Assembly (NCBI GenBank): GCA_016188605.1
Contig: JACPHP010000013.1
Span: forward strand, 2,846 to 66,845
Source: Candidatus Spechtbacteria bacterium
Lineage (GTDB): Bacteria > Patescibacteriota > Minisyncoccia > Spechtbacterales > JACPHP01
Length of the DNA stretch: 64,000 nt
Direction: 5' to 3'
Below are positions 19,397 through 28,213 of the stretch, in pieces (position 1 is the first letter of the stretch; each line of letters begins with the position of its first letter). The notes beneath the pieces were generated by a model. It made no database searches. It was not told the DNA's origin and worked only from the letters and a program-made list of their open reading frames with translations. Both the position numbers and the translations under genes were made by a program.

Positions 19397-20529
19397 TCTT
19401 CTATTACTTGCGCCTCTTCCAGTATGCTTGCCGGGGAACCATTTGCTTCCGGCAAAGTGTCGGCGCTTCTAATTTTATCTACTACGGATGTGAGTTTCTT
19501 TGCGCGTGTTACAGAAACTGTCTGATACTGATTTTGGACAGACTGGATGCGCGCGCCGAGCGTATCTACTTCTTTGTTGTATTTTTCGTACTCATCCTCA
19601 AATTGGCGGAATAAATTAGTGATTTGGCGGATATTTGTTTGGTATGTAAAATTGCGATATGCCTGAAAAATCATGCGTAAAATTGCCGTGAAGCTAAACG
19701 GGCCCGCGAGAATAACTTTTTTAGCCATTGCTTCATTCCATACGTCATATAGCTGATCGTAAATAAAGCTAAACACCATCTCATTTGGCACGAACAAAAT
19801 TACAAAATCAACCGTGTTTTCTTCTGGATTAATGTAATCGCGCGTTGTTACCTCTTTAATTTTTTGTTTTACGTCGCTAGTAAATTGCTTGAGATAGTGC
19901 TGTTTGTCCACCTCTTTTTCCGATTCCTGAAATCGCAACAGCGCGTCCAGTGGAAACTTTACGTCAACGTTTACTTTTGTTTTGTCGGGAAGCAAAATAG
20001 TAAAATCTGGCCGCGTGGTAGTGTTCTCCTGCGCTTGCTCTACTAAATAAGTCTGTCCTTTCACAAAGCCAACAGCGCGGAGAAGATTTTCTGCCACTTC
20101 CTGGCCGTAATGTCCGCGCATTTGGTTATTAGAAAGGATAGAACGCAAGTTGTCCGTCGATTCTCTCAAACTACCCACCAAACTTTTATGCTCCTCTAAA
20201 ACAGTGGATAACTTGCTAAATGCCATTACCTGCTTTTCATTTGTTCCCTGGTTTTGTTGTTGCGCCCGTACCAGTTCGCTATGGATTTTATCAATCGCCT
20301 CTTTTACGGAGTCTTTTTTATTTTCAATAAATTGCTCTTCTTTCTTCATTTTTTCCTCAAGCACATTAAAGGCATTTTGCAACTGTTCCATCATGCGTTC
20401 ACGCTCAAAAGACATATTCCTTGAAGCTTCATTTGCCATCATGCGAACAAGCGGGCCGCGCAACGCGAAAAACAAGGCAATAGATATACCCACAGCAACG
20501 ACCAGAATTATTATGAGTTCAGTAAACAT
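19393..20529 (-). CDS. rmuC: DNA recombination protein RmuC
   Basis: N-terminal TM and coiled coil, RPDFTILLP..VDVKFP, DFVILFVPNE. Confidence 0.9.
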   Translation of the reverse strand: MFTELIIILVVAVGISIALFFALRGPLVRMMANEASRNMSFERERMMEQLQNAFNVLEEKMKKEEQFIENKKDSVKEAIDKIHSELVRAQQQNQGTNEKQVMAFSKLSTVLEEHKSLVGSLRESTDNLRSILSNNQMRGHYGQEVAENLLRAVGFVKGQTYLVEQAQENTTTRPDFTILLPDKTKVNVDVKFPLDALLRFQESEKEVDKQHYLKQFTSDVKQKIKEVTTRDYINPEENTVDFVILFVPNEMVFSFIYDQLYDVWNEAMAKKVILAGPFSFTAILRMIFQAYRNFTYQTNIRQITNLFRQFEDEYEKYNKEVDTLGARIQSVQNQYQTVSVTRAKKLTSVVDKIRSADTLPEANGSPASILEEAQVIEE

Positions 20530-20547
20530 GGCTGTTAAAATTTATTT

Positions 20548-20658
20548 ATCGCAAATCTCAAATGGCAAAACTCAAATCGACATCGCAAATCTAAAATCTT
20601 CACAGTAGTTTTAAGATTTGAGTTGTAGTTTTGCGATTTAAGATTTGAAATTTGAGTT
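20548..20658. repeat. Family A inverted repeat overlapping the GtrA 3' end
   Basis: CGCAAATCTCAAATGGCAAAACT...AGTTTTGCGATTTAAGATTTG. Confidence 0.85.
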
Positions 20659-21282
20659 TCTTGTCGCAAAAACCCAGAACTTATACCCCACAAAGTTCCA
20701 TAGCAAAGAAAGAATGGTCGCTGCGAGAAACCCAACATTGTCCCAGCGAGTTTGAGAAAGCCCGCCCATTGCAGGAATGTAATTTACAAAAAGAGTCGCG
20801 ATGCCAACGTTAATTGCAAATCCTAATACGCTTACAACAACAAACTGCCCGAACTCTGTCGCGCCCCCACCGGCAGTTTTATGGAATGTCCAATATTTAT
20901 TCCAAAAATAACTGTTTATTACCGCAACTATAAAGCCGACTGCCTTAAAGCCCGACACTTCCCATCCCACTACGATGCTAGTGAAAAAGATTAAGCTGTT
21001 AGTCACGCCAAAATCAACAGCTGTGTTTAATACCCCAACAAGCGCGAATTTAGCTCCCTGATACGCGATTGAAATATATTTATTCAGCCAAAACGCGACA
21101 TATAGTCCGATAACCGAAAGAATTGGAAATACAAATGGCAGAGTGTTTGCAAATGGCAAATTAACCGCGATATTCTGCGCGATAAAATGAAATAAAACGG
21201 CGACAGCTTCACCGATGATTAAAGAGCCAACAATATCGCCCCAGCCGAAACGCTCCTGCATAACTTGAGTGTTGTTTTCCAT
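20638..21282 (-). CDS. GtrA-family membrane protein
   Basis: KFALVGVLNTAVDF, NSYFWNKYWTF, WNFVGYKFWVF. Confidence 0.88.
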   Translation of the reverse strand: MENNTQVMQERFGWGDIVGSLIIGEAVAVLFHFIAQNIAVNLPFANTLPFVFPILSVIGLYVAFWLNKYISIAYQGAKFALVGVLNTAVDFGVTNSLIFFTSIVVGWEVSGFKAVGFIVAVINSYFWNKYWTFHKTAGGGATEFGQFVVVSVLGFAINVGIATLFVNYIPAMGGLSQTRWDNVGFLAATILSLLWNFVGYKFWVFATRNSNFKS

Positions 21283-21321
21283 GATTATACGAAAAAAATT
21301 AGTTAATAATTCTTATATGAG

Positions 21322-21410
21322 TTCTGAATAACGAATCATGAATCGTGCATGCGACTACGCTGTTAACTAGCATTCATAATTCGTGATTCACTATTCACGA
21401 TTCAAAGTTC
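21322..21410. repeat. Heptamer-arm inverted repeat (TGAATCA/TGATTCA type)
   Basis: GAATAACGAATCATGAATCG...ATTCATAATTCGTGATTCACTATTCACGATTC. Confidence 0.65.
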
Positions 21411-21491
21411 TGTAGTAATTATACTTCAAAACAAAAAGGGTTGCCATGTTAGCAGCCCTTTAGCTCTATGATTACAATTAGGTTGTACTGG

Positions 21492-22997
21492 TTACGCTGC
21501 GCGTTGTAGCGCTCGCACTCGCTCCTGCGCTTCTGCGCGCATTTGGCGGAATTTTGTCATCCATTCTGAAATCAGGGGAGAAAATTCGTAATGGGTGTAT
21601 TGACTCCATGTCTCCTCGGCACGCCGAGCCTGACGCTGGAAATCCATATCCTCGCTGTAGACGATCCGACCTTTCCGTACCAGAGGTACGTAAAGCGGGA
21701 TTCCGTCGATGTTCTCGCTTTCGTCAGCAACGACCATGCAGTCACCGCGACCATAAACTCGAATGATGCCCGGGACTGATTCTTTTCCAGGACTGTTCGA
21801 GAATTTGGTGTTTGGGTGTCCATTGGTCGACGACCGTTTGAACGCCGCAGACACCGTGTCGCGATGGAACGCCCTGTAATAATATCCGCCAGCACCAGGG
21901 AATAGCATCGTGGGCTCCACCCCGGTATGTTCCAGGAAGTATGCAAACACTTCGCGCACCTTGTCCGGTGTTACTTCATCCTCGAAGACGATGGTTCGAC
22001 CCTCAATTCCCTCGGCCTTCATGCGCAGATAGATCTGCACGCATTGCGCTGCAATGTCGCCAGAGTCCACTCGAATTCCGAGAGCTCTTACCTCGATGTG
22101 GTTCTTGAAAACTCGGATGGCATTTTCCAGGCCAACTGTTTCTGCGTCGACTAGATCGCAGAGCAGCGACCCATTGCCATGTGCGGTGACGAACAACTCC
22201 ATAGCCTCGCGCTCCGCTTGATCAAGACCCTTTAGGAAATCCTGCAAGGCACACATGAATTCATGCCCTATCGTTCCAATCGTCTTGAACAGCCAAGGAA
22301 ACATGAATTCAGCGATATCCGCGGATGTAAGAATTCGGCTTCCGCCATTTCCAATATAGATAGCGAGAAGCTTGGCCATGGTCATCGGCTCATTGGGGTC
22401 GGCACGGTATCCAAATTCAGCGCTTCTGTCACCTGCCGCCTCGTGCATCAAACGGCCCTTGGTCGCATGAATCACTGGACCATAATACCGGCACATCTGA
22501 GGCTCCAGGAAAGACACAATGCCACCAACGCCCGTGAACACAAGAGCTGGCACGCCGGCAAGAAAAGTCTGCCCGCCGGGAAAGCCATCGATGTCGATCG
22601 GCAGGTAGATGTTCTGGCCTGACTGCGTGCGAAGAAGGTCATCAAAGATTTCTACTGGAAATAATGGCACCGCCGACTTGGTCGTGTACCAGTCGATGGC
22701 AAGCTCAATATCCCTGCGCTTTAACGGCTTCAGGAACCATTGCCGCAGCATCCACTCATGCCCTGCCATAATCAGGCGGTTGTTAGCACCTGTTTCAGGT
22801 AGGCCTTTGCGTAACGTAAGATGATATGCCGCAGGAGATCGAGAAAGATCGTAGTTGGCGCTCCACATGGTTCTCTTGTATGTGTCAGACGAAATAAATC
22901 CGCCCAATAAGAACCAACGCTGGAGAAATTCGCCAATCATTGCCTTGCGCTTAGCCCCTAACTCGCGCGATAGCGCCTCTGAATAAGAAGTTCTCAT
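21492..22997 (-). CDS. pncB: Nicotinate phosphoribosyltransferase (divergent)
   Basis: SDTYKRTM, AEFGYRA, GTIGHEF (phospho-His), GIRVDSGD, KFSNSPGKESVPG; operon context. Confidence 0.82.
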   Translation of the reverse strand: MRTSYSEALSRELGAKRKAMIGEFLQRWFLLGGFISSDTYKRTMWSANYDLSRSPAAYHLTLRKGLPETGANNRLIMAGHEWMLRQWFLKPLKRRDIELAIDWYTTKSAVPLFPVEIFDDLLRTQSGQNIYLPIDIDGFPGGQTFLAGVPALVFTGVGGIVSFLEPQMCRYYGPVIHATKGRLMHEAAGDRSAEFGYRADPNEPMTMAKLLAIYIGNGGSRILTSADIAEFMFPWLFKTIGTIGHEFMCALQDFLKGLDQAEREAMELFVTAHGNGSLLCDLVDAETVGLENAIRVFKNHIEVRALGIRVDSGDIAAQCVQIYLRMKAEGIEGRTIVFEDEVTPDKVREVFAYFLEHTGVEPTMLFPGAGGYYYRAFHRDTVSAAFKRSSTNGHPNTKFSNSPGKESVPGIIRVYGRGDCMVVADESENIDGIPLYVPLVRKGRIVYSEDMDFQRQARRAEETWSQYTHYEFSPLISEWMTKFRQMRAEAQERVRALQRAA

Positions 22998-23018
22998 TGT
23001 CGCCCTCCTTCTTTGGCT

Positions 23019-23071
23019 CGCCGACTAGTCCGCCATAACTTTAGTGACGGCGGAAGCTTAAGCGTAGGCGG
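23019..23071. repeat. Nested CCGCC..AGCTTTAGCG..GGCGG mini-palindromes
   Basis: Outer CGCCGA..AGCTTAAGCGTAGGCG enclosing inner TCCGCCATAACTTTAGTGACGGCGGA; same family as the typA insert. Confidence 0.7.
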
Positions 23072-23143
23072 CTTTCCTTCCCACGCTTCTATGAAAAGAG
23101 CCCCGCACACGCAGGGCCCCGTTGTGAACAGATTGCGCCTATT

Positions 23144-23767
23144 CTACTTAACTTCTTGACTGTTGTCAATAAAAGTTCTCATTAACTTAACGCCAGCTTG
23201 CGCCATTTCCTCAAGAGCGCGGTCGCCATCACCCTCATGAATATCAACCGCGCGACATGCGTCCACGAGCAAAACGGTCGTAAATCCATTGCGAACCGCG
23301 TCTAGCGCGGTTGCTTTCACGCAGTAATCCGTTGCAAGACCTCCGATCCAGACTGTTTCTACGCCCTCGGTCTTCAATATCTCGGCGAGAGACAGGCCGT
23401 CATCACCCTGTTCCTCGTGCCCTTGGAACGCGGAATACGCGTCTTCGTCTTTTAATGTTCCCTTGGAGAGAACATGAGCGGTAGCAGGGAGATGAAGATC
23501 TGGATGAAATGCCGCGCCTTCGGTATCCTGAACGCAGTGCGTGGGCCATACTCCGCCAAAGTCAGCAAAATGACTTGTTTCGGCCGGATGCCAGTCACGC
23601 GAGGCGAATACGAGCACGTCCAACTGCTGCGCGAGTTCAAGCACAGCATTCAGCGCACTAATAACTTCATTGCCATTGGGAACGGGCAAAGACCCACCGG
23701 GACAAAAATCATTCTGAACGTCAACTACAATGATGGCTCCTCTGTAGCGTTTAGTCGCGTTTACCAT
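23144..23767 (-). CDS. pncA: Nicotinamidase/pyrazinamidase
   Basis: VDVQNDFCPGGSL, SRDWHP, WPTHCVQ, KG..DAYSAF, GLATDYCV. Confidence 0.95.
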   Translation of the reverse strand: MVNATKRYRGAIIVVDVQNDFCPGGSLPVPNGNEVISALNAVLELAQQLDVLVFASRDWHPAETSHFADFGGVWPTHCVQDTEGAAFHPDLHLPATAHVLSKGTLKDEDAYSAFQGHEEQGDDGLSLAEILKTEGVETVWIGGLATDYCVKATALDAVRNGFTTVLLVDACRAVDIHEGDGDRALEEMAQAGVKLMRTFIDNSQEVK

Positions 23768-24377
23768 AGCGCGCCTCCTCTGTGTTGCTATACAGTTCGT
23801 TCTGATTGATATAGTAGGCGATTTGTTCGCCTACAAGGCTAGCGACATCTTCATGCCTATGTATCAACTCGCGCGCGAGGGTGCTTGACTGGCATCTCAC
23901 CTCGCTATCATGAAGACGAATAAATCTTTCTGGAACGTCGCTCTCACAAATTGGATAACCCGACCTATCAATCACGATGAACCTGATCATATTTTTGAGT
24001 TCGTCCCAGTTATGCCATTGCAGATATTCTCCGCGAGCGACAATATCCGAGCCGATTACCCAGAAAAATTCATAGTCTGGGTGACGCTCGCGTAAAGCCG
24101 CGACAGTGTCAGCAGTGTAGCTAACAACAGTACGCTCGCCTTCAATCTCGCATACGATAATCCCTGGCTCTTCCAAAAATTTTGTCATGGCAACACGATG
24201 GCGCCACGGCGCGAAGTCCGGCTTATTGAACGCGTGCGCAAATACAGGAATCAGCCATACTTCATCAACGAGCCCAGATTTCAGCACCGCCCGCGCCGCG
24301 GCCAAATGGCCAAGGTGCGGCGGGTTCGCGCTAAGGCCAAGGCAGCCGATACGCTTTTTGTTAGTGCTGTTCGTCAT
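23751..24377 (-). CDS. nadD: Nicotinate-nucleotide adenylyltransferase
   Basis: SANPPHLGH, SYTADT, WVIGSD, W..WDEL, SSTLAR. Confidence 0.9.
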   Translation of the reverse strand: MTNSTNKKRIGCLGLSANPPHLGHLAAARAVLKSGLVDEVWLIPVFAHAFNKPDFAPWRHRVAMTKFLEEPGIIVCEIEGERTVVSYTADTVAALRERHPDYEFFWVIGSDIVARGEYLQWHNWDELKNMIRFIVIDRSGYPICESDVPERFIRLHDSEVRCQSSTLARELIHRHEDVASLVGEQIAYYINQNELYSNTEEARYGKRD

Positions 24378-25207
24378 TCTAAGAGACCTGCTTTTTGATG
24401 CAGCGCGTCAATGAATTGATGGCTGCCAAAGCTGATAAAGTTAGTGCGTGTCTGTGACGCGCGCACAACTATCGTCTGGCCAACGTTAATATTGATAGCC
24501 GGGCTGCCATCAACCTTTAGAAAAGCGGCTTGATTTTGTCGTTCTGCCCGCGTTGCCACAAGGGTAATACGGATTATAGAATTAGGCGAAATGACTATTG
24601 GCTTAGCATTCAGTGCGATAGGCGCAACGGGCGTTACTAGCAAGCAATCCATGCTATACATAACAATTGGCCCGCCTGCCGACATGTTATAAGCAGTTGA
24701 ACCAATAGGCGTTGCGATAACAACCCCATCGGCTACAAGTCGATTAAAGACAGTCTTTTCATCAACTTCTAGCTTAACAACTACCATGCCGTCCGGATGG
24801 CGCAGATACACGTCGTTAGCTGCGTGTTGAACACTGGAACTACCGTCGATAAGCACGTCCAGCATTAACCGTTTTTCCACGGCGAAGCTTCCCGCAATGA
24901 CGCGAGAAAGCACCTCGCGCCAATCATCAGGCCCGGCGATAGTCAAAAATCCCTTATCGCCAGCATTGATGCCTAAAATCGGTATTTTTGTCGAAGCTAA
25001 TGCGGATGCCGTGTGTATTAAATACCCATCGCCGCTCAAGACGACAACGAGGTCGTAGTGAGGAGATGGCTTAAATTTTTCGGTGAAGATTTCCGCCGTT
25101 ACATTTTTTTGTTGTGCGAGCCACGCCGCAACCTCACGGGCCATTGTTTGCGCCTCCGGTTTTTTCGGATGAGCGATAATGCCGATGCGCCAGTTTTTAG
25201 CAGTCAT
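24374..25207 (-). CDS. nadK: NAD+ kinase
   Basis: LSGDG, GINAG..GFL, ND, DGVVIATPIGSTAYNMSAGGP; start chosen after GGAGG. Confidence 0.92.
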   Translation of the reverse strand: MTAKNWRIGIIAHPKKPEAQTMAREVAAWLAQQKNVTAEIFTEKFKPSPHYDLVVVLSGDGYLIHTASALASTKIPILGINAGDKGFLTIAGPDDWREVLSRVIAGSFAVEKRLMLDVLIDGSSSVQHAANDVYLRHPDGMVVVKLEVDEKTVFNRLVADGVVIATPIGSTAYNMSAGGPIVMYSMDCLLVTPVAPIALNAKPIVISPNSIIRITLVATRAERQNQAAFLKVDGSPAININVGQTIVVRASQTRTNFISFGSHQFIDALHQKAGLLE

Positions 25208-25299
25208 TGCCATGCCTCCTTTGTAGCTTTGCATCGTTTTTATTTAGCCCACAATATCTCAAAGCTTGCTTTGAGATTAGCATAAACAGAAGCTAAAAT

Positions 25300-25351
25300 A
25301 TCCTGAGCGAGCTTGCGTTTACGCTGAGCCCGTCAAAGCGAGTCGAAGGAT
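25300..25351. repeat. Nested CCTGAGC..GTCGAAGG mini-elements in the nadK leader
   Basis: ATCCTGAGCGAGC..[CGCTGAGCCCGTCAAAGC]GAGTCGAAGGAT. Confidence 0.6.
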
Positions 25352-25443
25352 TACCTTCGGATACTCCGCTGCTTGCGGCGAGGTAATTAATTTGTAAATG
25401 TTCCGCTCGCAAAATATATCACAAAGACACTTTTTGCACATTC

Positions 25444-25488
25444 TTTGTGTATATTTAACACTATATATCCGTGCGTAAAATTTAGCAA
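25444..25488 (-). promoter_or_regulatory. sigma70 promoter for the NAD operon overlapped by an NrtR-like GT-N7-AC operator
   Basis: Minus-strand TTGCTA-17-TATAGT; 21-bp imperfect palindrome TTTGT-GT-ATATTTA-AC-ACTAT at 25444-25464. Confidence 0.55.
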
Positions 25489-25625
25489 GCCCCAAGAGGT
25501 TGATAGCGAGATATCCTAATAGCAATATATTTTTGATAAGATTGGCACTATATTATTGGTACTGATCATGTAGACAAACCTCTAACAGGGCAAGAGCTAT
25601 TACAAACAACGGCACAATCATTGAT

Positions 25626-25673
25626 TTGACACAAACGCCTCTATGGGTAACAATATCATTAGAGGCGTTTGTG
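25626..25673 (+). promoter_or_regulatory. Putative atp promoter overlapped by a 14-bp inverted repeat
   Basis: TTGACA-17-AACAAT; CACAAACGCCTCTA...TAGAGGCGTTTGTG. Confidence 0.45.
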
Positions 25674-25693
25674 CCTCAATTCAAAAACAACTA

Positions 25694-25807
25694 GCGCGGA
25701 ACTGCCATCTCTTTTGATAGGTCGGAAATCTACATAGCGAACGGGTATCCTTGGCCGGTTATCGGTGAAGGCTAGCGGTTCGATATGTAGGAGATTGGCG
25801 TCTGCGC
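25694..25807 (+). ncRNA. Candidate structured leader RNA upstream of atpB
   Basis: Nested pairings GCGCGGA..GCCA.TCTC/GAGA.TGGC..TCTGCGC and CTACATA.CGAAC/GTTCG.TATGTAG; no family recognised. Confidence 0.35.
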
Positions 25808-25821
25808 GTAATTCTTACGCG

Positions 25822-26571
25822 GTGGAAATCTCTTTTGCGGCTGAGACCATAGGGCATCTCGGCGGACTCCCCATCACCAATAGTTTGTTAATGTCCTGGA
25901 TAACCATGGCTATTCTTTTTGTTGTTGGGCTTATGGTCGGATATCGTCCAACCCTTATTCCTGGACGCTTGCAGAATGCCTTTGAAATGATAATAGATAC
26001 TATGCTGAACTTTTTTGCAGAGATCATGGGATCCCGTAAAGAAGCGGAAAAGGTCTTTCCGATTGTTTTTACGTTTTTTATTTTCATTCTTCTATCTAAT
26101 TGGCTTGGTATTCTGCCTGGCATTGGCGCGATTGGATTTGAAGAAACAGCAGAAGGCGCGGAACATGGTACAAAGTTCATTCCCCTCTTGCGTTCTTCAT
26201 ATAGCGACCTTAATATGACCTTGGCGCTTGCGATTTGCTCGCTTGTGATAACTCATATTATAGGCATCAGCGCCATTGGTATCGGAAAGCATATCGGTAA
26301 ATTTATTTCTTTCAAGAGCCCCATGGCTTTTTTCGTGGGAATATTGGAAACCATAGCGGAGGTCGCGAAGATCCTTTCATTCTCGTTTCGATTGTTTGGT
26401 AATGTGTTCGCGGGTGAGGTTTTGCTTACTGTGATGCTGTTCTTAATGCCCTATATAGCGCCCGCACCATTTTTGGGAATGGAACTGTTTGTAGGATTTA
26501 TTCAAGCGCTAGTATTCTCTATGTTAACTTTGGTATTCATTAAAGTCGCTATGATGCAAACAGAGCATTAG
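25822..26571 (+). CDS. atpB: F0F1 ATP synthase subunit a
   Basis: ITNSLLM, SNWLGILPG, SFRLFGNVFAGE, IQALVF; GTG start at 25822. Confidence 0.96.
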   Translation: MEISFAAETIGHLGGLPITNSLLMSWITMAILFVVGLMVGYRPTLIPGRLQNAFEMIIDTMLNFFAEIMGSRKEAEKVFPIVFTFFIFILLSNWLGILPGIGAIGFEETAEGAEHGTKFIPLLRSSYSDLNMTLALAICSLVITHIIGISAIGIGKHIGKFISFKSPMAFFVGILETIAEVAKILSFSFRLFGNVFAGEVLLTVMLFLMPYIAPAPFLGMELFVGFIQALVFSMLTLVFIKVAMMQTEH

Positions 26572-26574
26572 TTT

Positions 26575-26674
26575 AAATTAAAAATTAAAAGTCAAAAATT
26601 TAAAATTATAGTATATACGTCGCGCGGAGCGCGCGACACCATAATTTTTCACTTTTCATTTTTAACTTTTAATT
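26575..26674. repeat. Heptamer-arm inverted repeat, family H, with GC core
   Basis: AAATTAAAAATTAAAAGTCAAAAAT..GTCGCGCGGAGCGCGCGAC..ATTTTTCACTTTTCATTTTTAACTTTTAATT. Confidence 0.8.
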
Positions 26675-26732
26675 ATCAGGATAATTTATTAATTAATTTC
26701 ATGGCTTTCAATCATAATAAATAAATTGATAG

Positions 26733-26972
<240 letters not shown>

Positions 26973-26973
26973 T

Positions 26974-27050
26974 CGCTGCTAACCGCAAACCGACGACCGC
27001 ATACTGCCACTCGGCGACGGTTGACGGTTGGCGGTAGTCGGTCGACAGCA
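26974..27050. repeat. Heptamer-arm inverted repeat, family C (ACCGCAT/ACCGACT)
   Basis: AACCGCAAACCGACGACCGCATACTG...GACGGTTGACGGTTGGCGGTAGTCGGT. Confidence 0.85.
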
Positions 27051-27056
27051 TTAGCT

Positions 27057-27566
27057 ATGTCCGAACTTCTCACAAGTCTTCACATCGATTGGCACATTCT
27101 GCTCGCGCAGATAGTGAATTTTTTGATTCTTCTTTTTTTGCTCGCCAAGTTTGCTTATAAACCAATAATTAAGCTTTTAAACGAACGTCGAAAGATGGTT
27201 GAAGATTCCGTTGAGCGCGCGCAGGCAATTGAACAAAAATTCCAAGAATTTAAGGAATATCGCGCTAAACAGCTTCAAGAAGTACGCAAAGAAGCCCAGC
27301 AGATACTAGTACAAGCGCATGAGTCAGCGGAAAAAGAAAAAGAAGATATTCTTGCCAAAACACGTAAACAGCTGGATGTACTTTTTACGCGAGCAGAAAA
27401 GCAAATTGAACAGCAAAAGGTTGAAATGGTGGCGAACGCGGAAAAAGAAATCGTAACCCTGCTTATTCCTTCGCTGACGCGAGTATTGAAAGATTCGGTA
27501 GACGAGCAGACGCAAAAGACTATTTTGGATCAAGCCGCAAGGCGCATTAAAACGATGTACTCGTAA
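27057..27566 (+). CDS. atpF: F0F1 ATP synthase subunit b
   Basis: IDWHILLAQIVNFLIL..KFAYKP..LNERR; start ATG 27057. Confidence 0.93.
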   Translation: MSELLTSLHIDWHILLAQIVNFLILLFLLAKFAYKPIIKLLNERRKMVEDSVERAQAIEQKFQEFKEYRAKQLQEVRKEAQQILVQAHESAEKEKEDILAKTRKQLDVLFTRAEKQIEQQKVEMVANAEKEIVTLLIPSLTRVLKDSVDEQTQKTILDQAARRIKTMYS

Positions 27567-27687
27567 CAAAATCTCAAAATGCAAATCTCAAATCGCAAAA
27601 CTACAACTCAAATCGCAAAACTACGAACTGTGGCGATTTTAGATTTGCGATTTCGATTTGAGATTTAACATTTTAGATTTGAGATTA
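27567..27687. repeat. Family A inverted repeat
   Basis: Fills the atpF-atpH gap. Confidence 0.88.
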
Positions 27688-27691
27688 AAAT

Positions 27692-28069
27692 ATGCAATAT
27701 TCTCCTCGTTTTTACGCCAAAGCATTAGTTGCTTCGCTAAAAGAAGTATCGCCAAAAGAGCAGGGCGCGATTATTAAGCGTTTTGCAAAAATGCTGGAAC
27801 AACAAAAAGCGCTTGGGCTAGCCAAGCAGATTTACGCGGCAGTAGAAACAGAGCTTGCAGAAGAGAAAAAAAAGAATACCGCAAGAATTGTCACCGTCAC
27901 TTCTCTATCCGAATCAGAAAAAAAGAAAATGAAAGAGCAATTTCCCGCGAAAGAATACGAATTTACTACAAATTCCGAATTGATTGGCGGGTTGGTGGTG
28001 CAGCATGGGACGAGGCTATATCAGGCAACTTTGCGGAAAATACTGGAGGGCTTAACCTCAAGTATTTAA
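27692..28069 (+). CDS. atpH: F0F1 ATP synthase subunit delta (short)
   Basis: YAKAL, ELIGGLVVQ..RLYQAT; operon position. Confidence 0.85.
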   Translation: MQYSPRFYAKALVASLKEVSPKEQGAIIKRFAKMLEQQKALGLAKQIYAAVETELAEEKKKNTARIVTVTSLSESEKKKMKEQFPAKEYEFTTNSELIGGLVVQHGTRLYQATLRKILEGLTSSI

Positions 28070-28083
28070 AAATATAATTATAA

Positions 28084-28206
28084 TACTAAATGTCAAAATC
28101 CAAATTACAAATGTCAAATCAATGTCAAAGTTCAAAAATCAAAAATTTTGACATTAAGTCATTTGGATTTCATTTGTAATTTGAAATTTGGACTTTGAAA
28201 TTTATT
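28084..28206. repeat. Heptamer-arm inverted repeat, family B (AATGTCA/TGACATT)
   Basis: Near-identical to 29773-29896; inverted relative to 56937-57050. Confidence 0.9.
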
Positions 28207-28213
28207 CGCTACT

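Noticed and set aside
25694-25807. SRP (4.5S) RNA call for the atpB leader
   Set aside because: The conserved helix-8 motif (CAGG..GNRA..AGCAG) is not visible on either strand; kept only as an unnamed candidate.
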